Assembly: GCA_963705995.1 (NCBI GenBank)
Contig: CAVPLN010000019.1
Coordinates: 33,840 to 97,839 of the forward strand
Source of the DNA: an uncultured Solirubrobacterales bacterium
GTDB lineage: Bacteria; Actinomycetota; Thermoleophilia; Solirubrobacterales; Solirubrobacteraceae
Direction of reading: 5' to 3'
Length of the DNA stretch: 64,000 nucleotides
This document shows, in pieces, positions 61,644 to 64,000 of the stretch (within the stretch, counting starts at the first letter, position 1; each line of letters starts with the position of its first letter). The position numbers were made by a program, and so were the translations under genes. The notes beneath the pieces are model-generated. The model was not told where the DNA came from and did no database searches. It was given only the letters and a program-made list of their open reading frames with translations.

Positions 61644-62777
61644 ATGCTCTTTGACCTTTCAGACGAAACCGAGCTGCTGCGGTCGACGGTCCGCGAGTTC
61701 GCCGAGGGCGAGGTGGCGCCGGTGGCCGAACATCTCGACCGCACCAAGTCATTCCCGTACGAGCTCGTTCGCCAGATGGGCGAGCTTGGCTGGATGGGGA
61801 TACCGTTCCCGGAGGAGGTCGGCGGCGCGGGGGGCACCTCGCTGCAGTACGCGATCGCCGTCGAGGAGCTCACGCGCGTGGACTCGAGCGTCGCGATCAC
61901 GCTCTGCGCGCATACGTCGCTGGGTACGCAGCCGATCTACCTGTTCGGCTCCGATCAGCAGAAGGAGCTCTACCTGCCGGACCTGTGCGCCGGACGCAAG
62001 CTCGGGGCGTTCGGGCTGACCGAGCCCGAGGCCGGCTCGGACGCGGGCAACACCCGCACTCGCGCGTCGCTCGAGGACGGCAGCTGGGTGGTCAACGGCG
62101 CCAAGCAGTTCATCACCAACGCCGGGACTGACATCTCGGGTCACGTCGCCGTGACGGCGCGGACGGGCGATGGCGAGATCTCGAACCTGATCATCGAGAA
62201 CGGCACGCCGGGATACGAGCCGGGCGAGCCGTATCGGAAGATGGGATGGAACGCGTCCGACACGCGCCCGCTCGCGTTCGACGACTGCCGGGTTCCGGAG
62301 GAGAACCTGCTCGGCCCGCGCGGCCACGGCTTCAAGCAGTTCCTCAAGGTGCTCGACATCGGCCGGATCGGCGTCGCGGCGATGGGTGTCGGTCTGGCGC
62401 AGGGCGCGCTCGACCAGGCGCTCGCCTACGCCAAGGAGCGCAAGGCGTTCGGCCAGAGCATCAGCAAGTTCCAGGCGATCCAGGTCAAGCTCGCCGACAT
62501 GGCCACCGAGATCGAGGCCGCACGCTTGCTCACCTACAAGGCGGCGTGGCTGAAGGACGAGGGCCGCGACTTCACGCTGACCGCCGCGCAGGCCAAGTTG
62601 AAGACCGGGCGGCTGGCAGTGCGGTGCACGGAGGAGGCCGTGCAGATTCACGGCGGGTACGGCTTCATCGAGGAGTACCCGGTCTGCCGGTTCTACCGTG
62701 ACGCCAAGATCCTCACCATCGGCGAGGGGACCGACGAGGTCCAGCAGATGGTGATCGCCCGGCTGCTCGGAGCCTGA
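61644..62777 (+). CDS. Acyl-CoA dehydrogenase (isovaleryl/short-branched type)
   Basis: AFGLTEPEAGSDA, NGAKQFITN, KMGW.ASDT, LD.GRI, QIHGGYG, IGEGTDEVQ. Confidence 0.95.
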   Translation: MLFDLSDETELLRSTVREFAEGEVAPVAEHLDRTKSFPYELVRQMGELGWMGIPFPEEVGGAGGTSLQYAIAVEELTRVDSSVAITLCAHTSLGTQPIYLFGSDQQKELYLPDLCAGRKLGAFGLTEPEAGSDAGNTRTRASLEDGSWVVNGAKQFITNAGTDISGHVAVTARTGDGEISNLIIENGTPGYEPGEPYRKMGWNASDTRPLAFDDCRVPEENLLGPRGHGFKQFLKVLDIGRIGVAAMGVGLAQGALDQALAYAKERKAFGQSISKFQAIQVKLADMATEIEAARLLTYKAAWLKDEGRDFTLTAAQAKLKTGRLAVRCTEEAVQIHGGYGFIEEYPVCRFYRDAKILTIGEGTDEVQQMVIARLLGA

Positions 62778-63700
62778 TGCTGCTGCCCGAGACCGTCCGA
62801 ATCCGCGAGGTTGGGCCGCGGGACGGCTTTCAGAACGAGCCTGAGACGATCGCGACCGAGGACAAGGTGCGCCTGATCGAGCTGCTCGGCGCGGTCGGTC
62901 TGAAACGTCTCGAGGTGACCTCGTTCGTACGCCCGGACGTGATCCCGCAGCTCGCTGACGCCGACGAGGTGCTTCGCCGGGTCAATCTACCTGCGGACGT
63001 CGACGTCACGGTGCTGATCCCGAACGAGCGCGGTCTTGAGCGCGCGCTGACGCTGCGCGAGCACTTCAGCGAGGTGAACTGCTTCCTCAGCGCGTCGGAG
63101 ACGCACAACCGGCGCAACGTGAACCGGTCGATCGACGAGTCGCTGGCCGGACTCGAGCGCGTGATCGACCGGGCCCGGGGTCACGGCCTGCGGGCCGAGG
63201 GCGTGATCAGCACGAGCTTCGGCTGCCCGTACGAGGGCAGGGTCCCCCGGGAGCGCGTCTTCGCGATCGCCGAGCGGCTGATCGACGCCGGTGCCTCCGA
63301 GATCGCGTTCGGCGACACGACGGGGATGGCGAACCCCGTCCAGGTGCGAAAATTCTTCAGCGAGGCCCGTTGTGCGCTCCCCGATCGGGTCGAGCTGACC
63401 GCTCACTTCCACAACACGCGGGGGCAGGGCCTCGCCAACGTGCTCGCGGCGCTCGAGGCGGGCTGCTCGTCGTTCGAGTCGAGCTTCGGTGAGCTGGGTG
63501 GCTGCCCGGTGCCTCCTGGCGCGACCGGCAACATCGCGACCGAGGACCTCGTCTCGATGCTGCACGAGATGGGGATCGCGACAGGCGTAGACCTGGCCGC
63601 CCTGCTCGTGGCATCGGCGGCGGTGCGCGAGGTGCTCGGCCGGCCGCTCGGCTCGCACACGCTTGTGGCTGGCCCGGTCGTCTGGGAGGCGCGGTCGTGA
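62777..63700 (+). CDS. Hydroxymethylglutaryl-CoA lyase
   Basis: [47 protein letters not shown]. Confidence 0.95.
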   Translation: MLLPETVRIREVGPRDGFQNEPETIATEDKVRLIELLGAVGLKRLEVTSFVRPDVIPQLADADEVLRRVNLPADVDVTVLIPNERGLERALTLREHFSEVNCFLSASETHNRRNVNRSIDESLAGLERVIDRARGHGLRAEGVISTSFGCPYEGRVPRERVFAIAERLIDAGASEIAFGDTTGMANPVQVRKFFSEARCALPDRVELTAHFHNTRGQGLANVLAALEAGCSSFESSFGELGGCPVPPGATGNIATEDLVSMLHEMGIATGVDLAALLVASAAVREVLGRPLGSHTLVAGPVVWEARS

Positions 63701-64000
63701 TCGACTCGGTGCTGGTCGCCAACCGTGGCGAGATCGCCGTCCGCGTCGCGCGGACCGCGCACGCGCTCGGCCTCTCCACCGTCGCCGTCTTCACCGCGGC
63801 GGATGCCGGCGCGCTGCATGTCGACGTTGCCGATGTCGCCGTGCAGGTGCCCTCGTACTTGGACGCGAGCGCGCTCGTCGCCGTGGCCCGCGCCGCGGAC
63901 GCAGGCGCGGTGCACCCCGGCTACGGGTTCCTCTCGGAGAGCGCCGCGTTCGCGCAGGCGGTCATCGACGCCGGGCTGGTGTGGATCGGCCCTCCGGCCG
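63697..64000 (+). CDS. Biotin carboxylase subunit of an acyl-CoA carboxylase (3'-partial)
   Basis: [34 protein letters not shown]. Confidence 0.93.
   Translation, partial: MIDSVLVANRGEIAVRVARTAHALGLSTVAVFTAADAGALHVDVADVAVQVPSYLDASALVAVARAADAGAVHPGYGFLSESAAFAQAVIDAGLVWIGPPA

Overview
High-GC actinobacterial chromosome segment; gene content suggests Thermoleophilia/Solirubrobacterales (inference). About 1-37 kb and 61-64 kb are mostly housekeeping: uvrB/uvrA with a LexA box, a pantothenate operon with a pan-motif-like leader, family-4 UDG, tsaE-tsaB-rimI-tsaD, rex, K+-independent hppA, a trkA pair, tRNA-Gln(CTG), an ABC exporter pair, a sulfatase, pcaBDC with an aldehyde dehydrogenase, LCP/ArsR, and liu-type acyl-CoA catabolism. 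About 37.7-60.9 kb is a patchwork accessory region of regulators, oxidoreductases and gene remnants. It also holds a tandem pair of truncated MutS-like ATPases and a chemosensory cluster. The best candidate for a new system is a LysR-HTH/PAS/CarH-type cobalamin-binding/GGDEF fusion (57651-59687), flanked by a soluble MCP, cheW, an MCP-like ORF and a truncated cheC. Several frameshifts, densest at 24.6-27.7 kb, look like long-read indel errors. I saw no CRISPR array, integrase or transposase. All family assignments come from motif recognition by eye; no searches were run.
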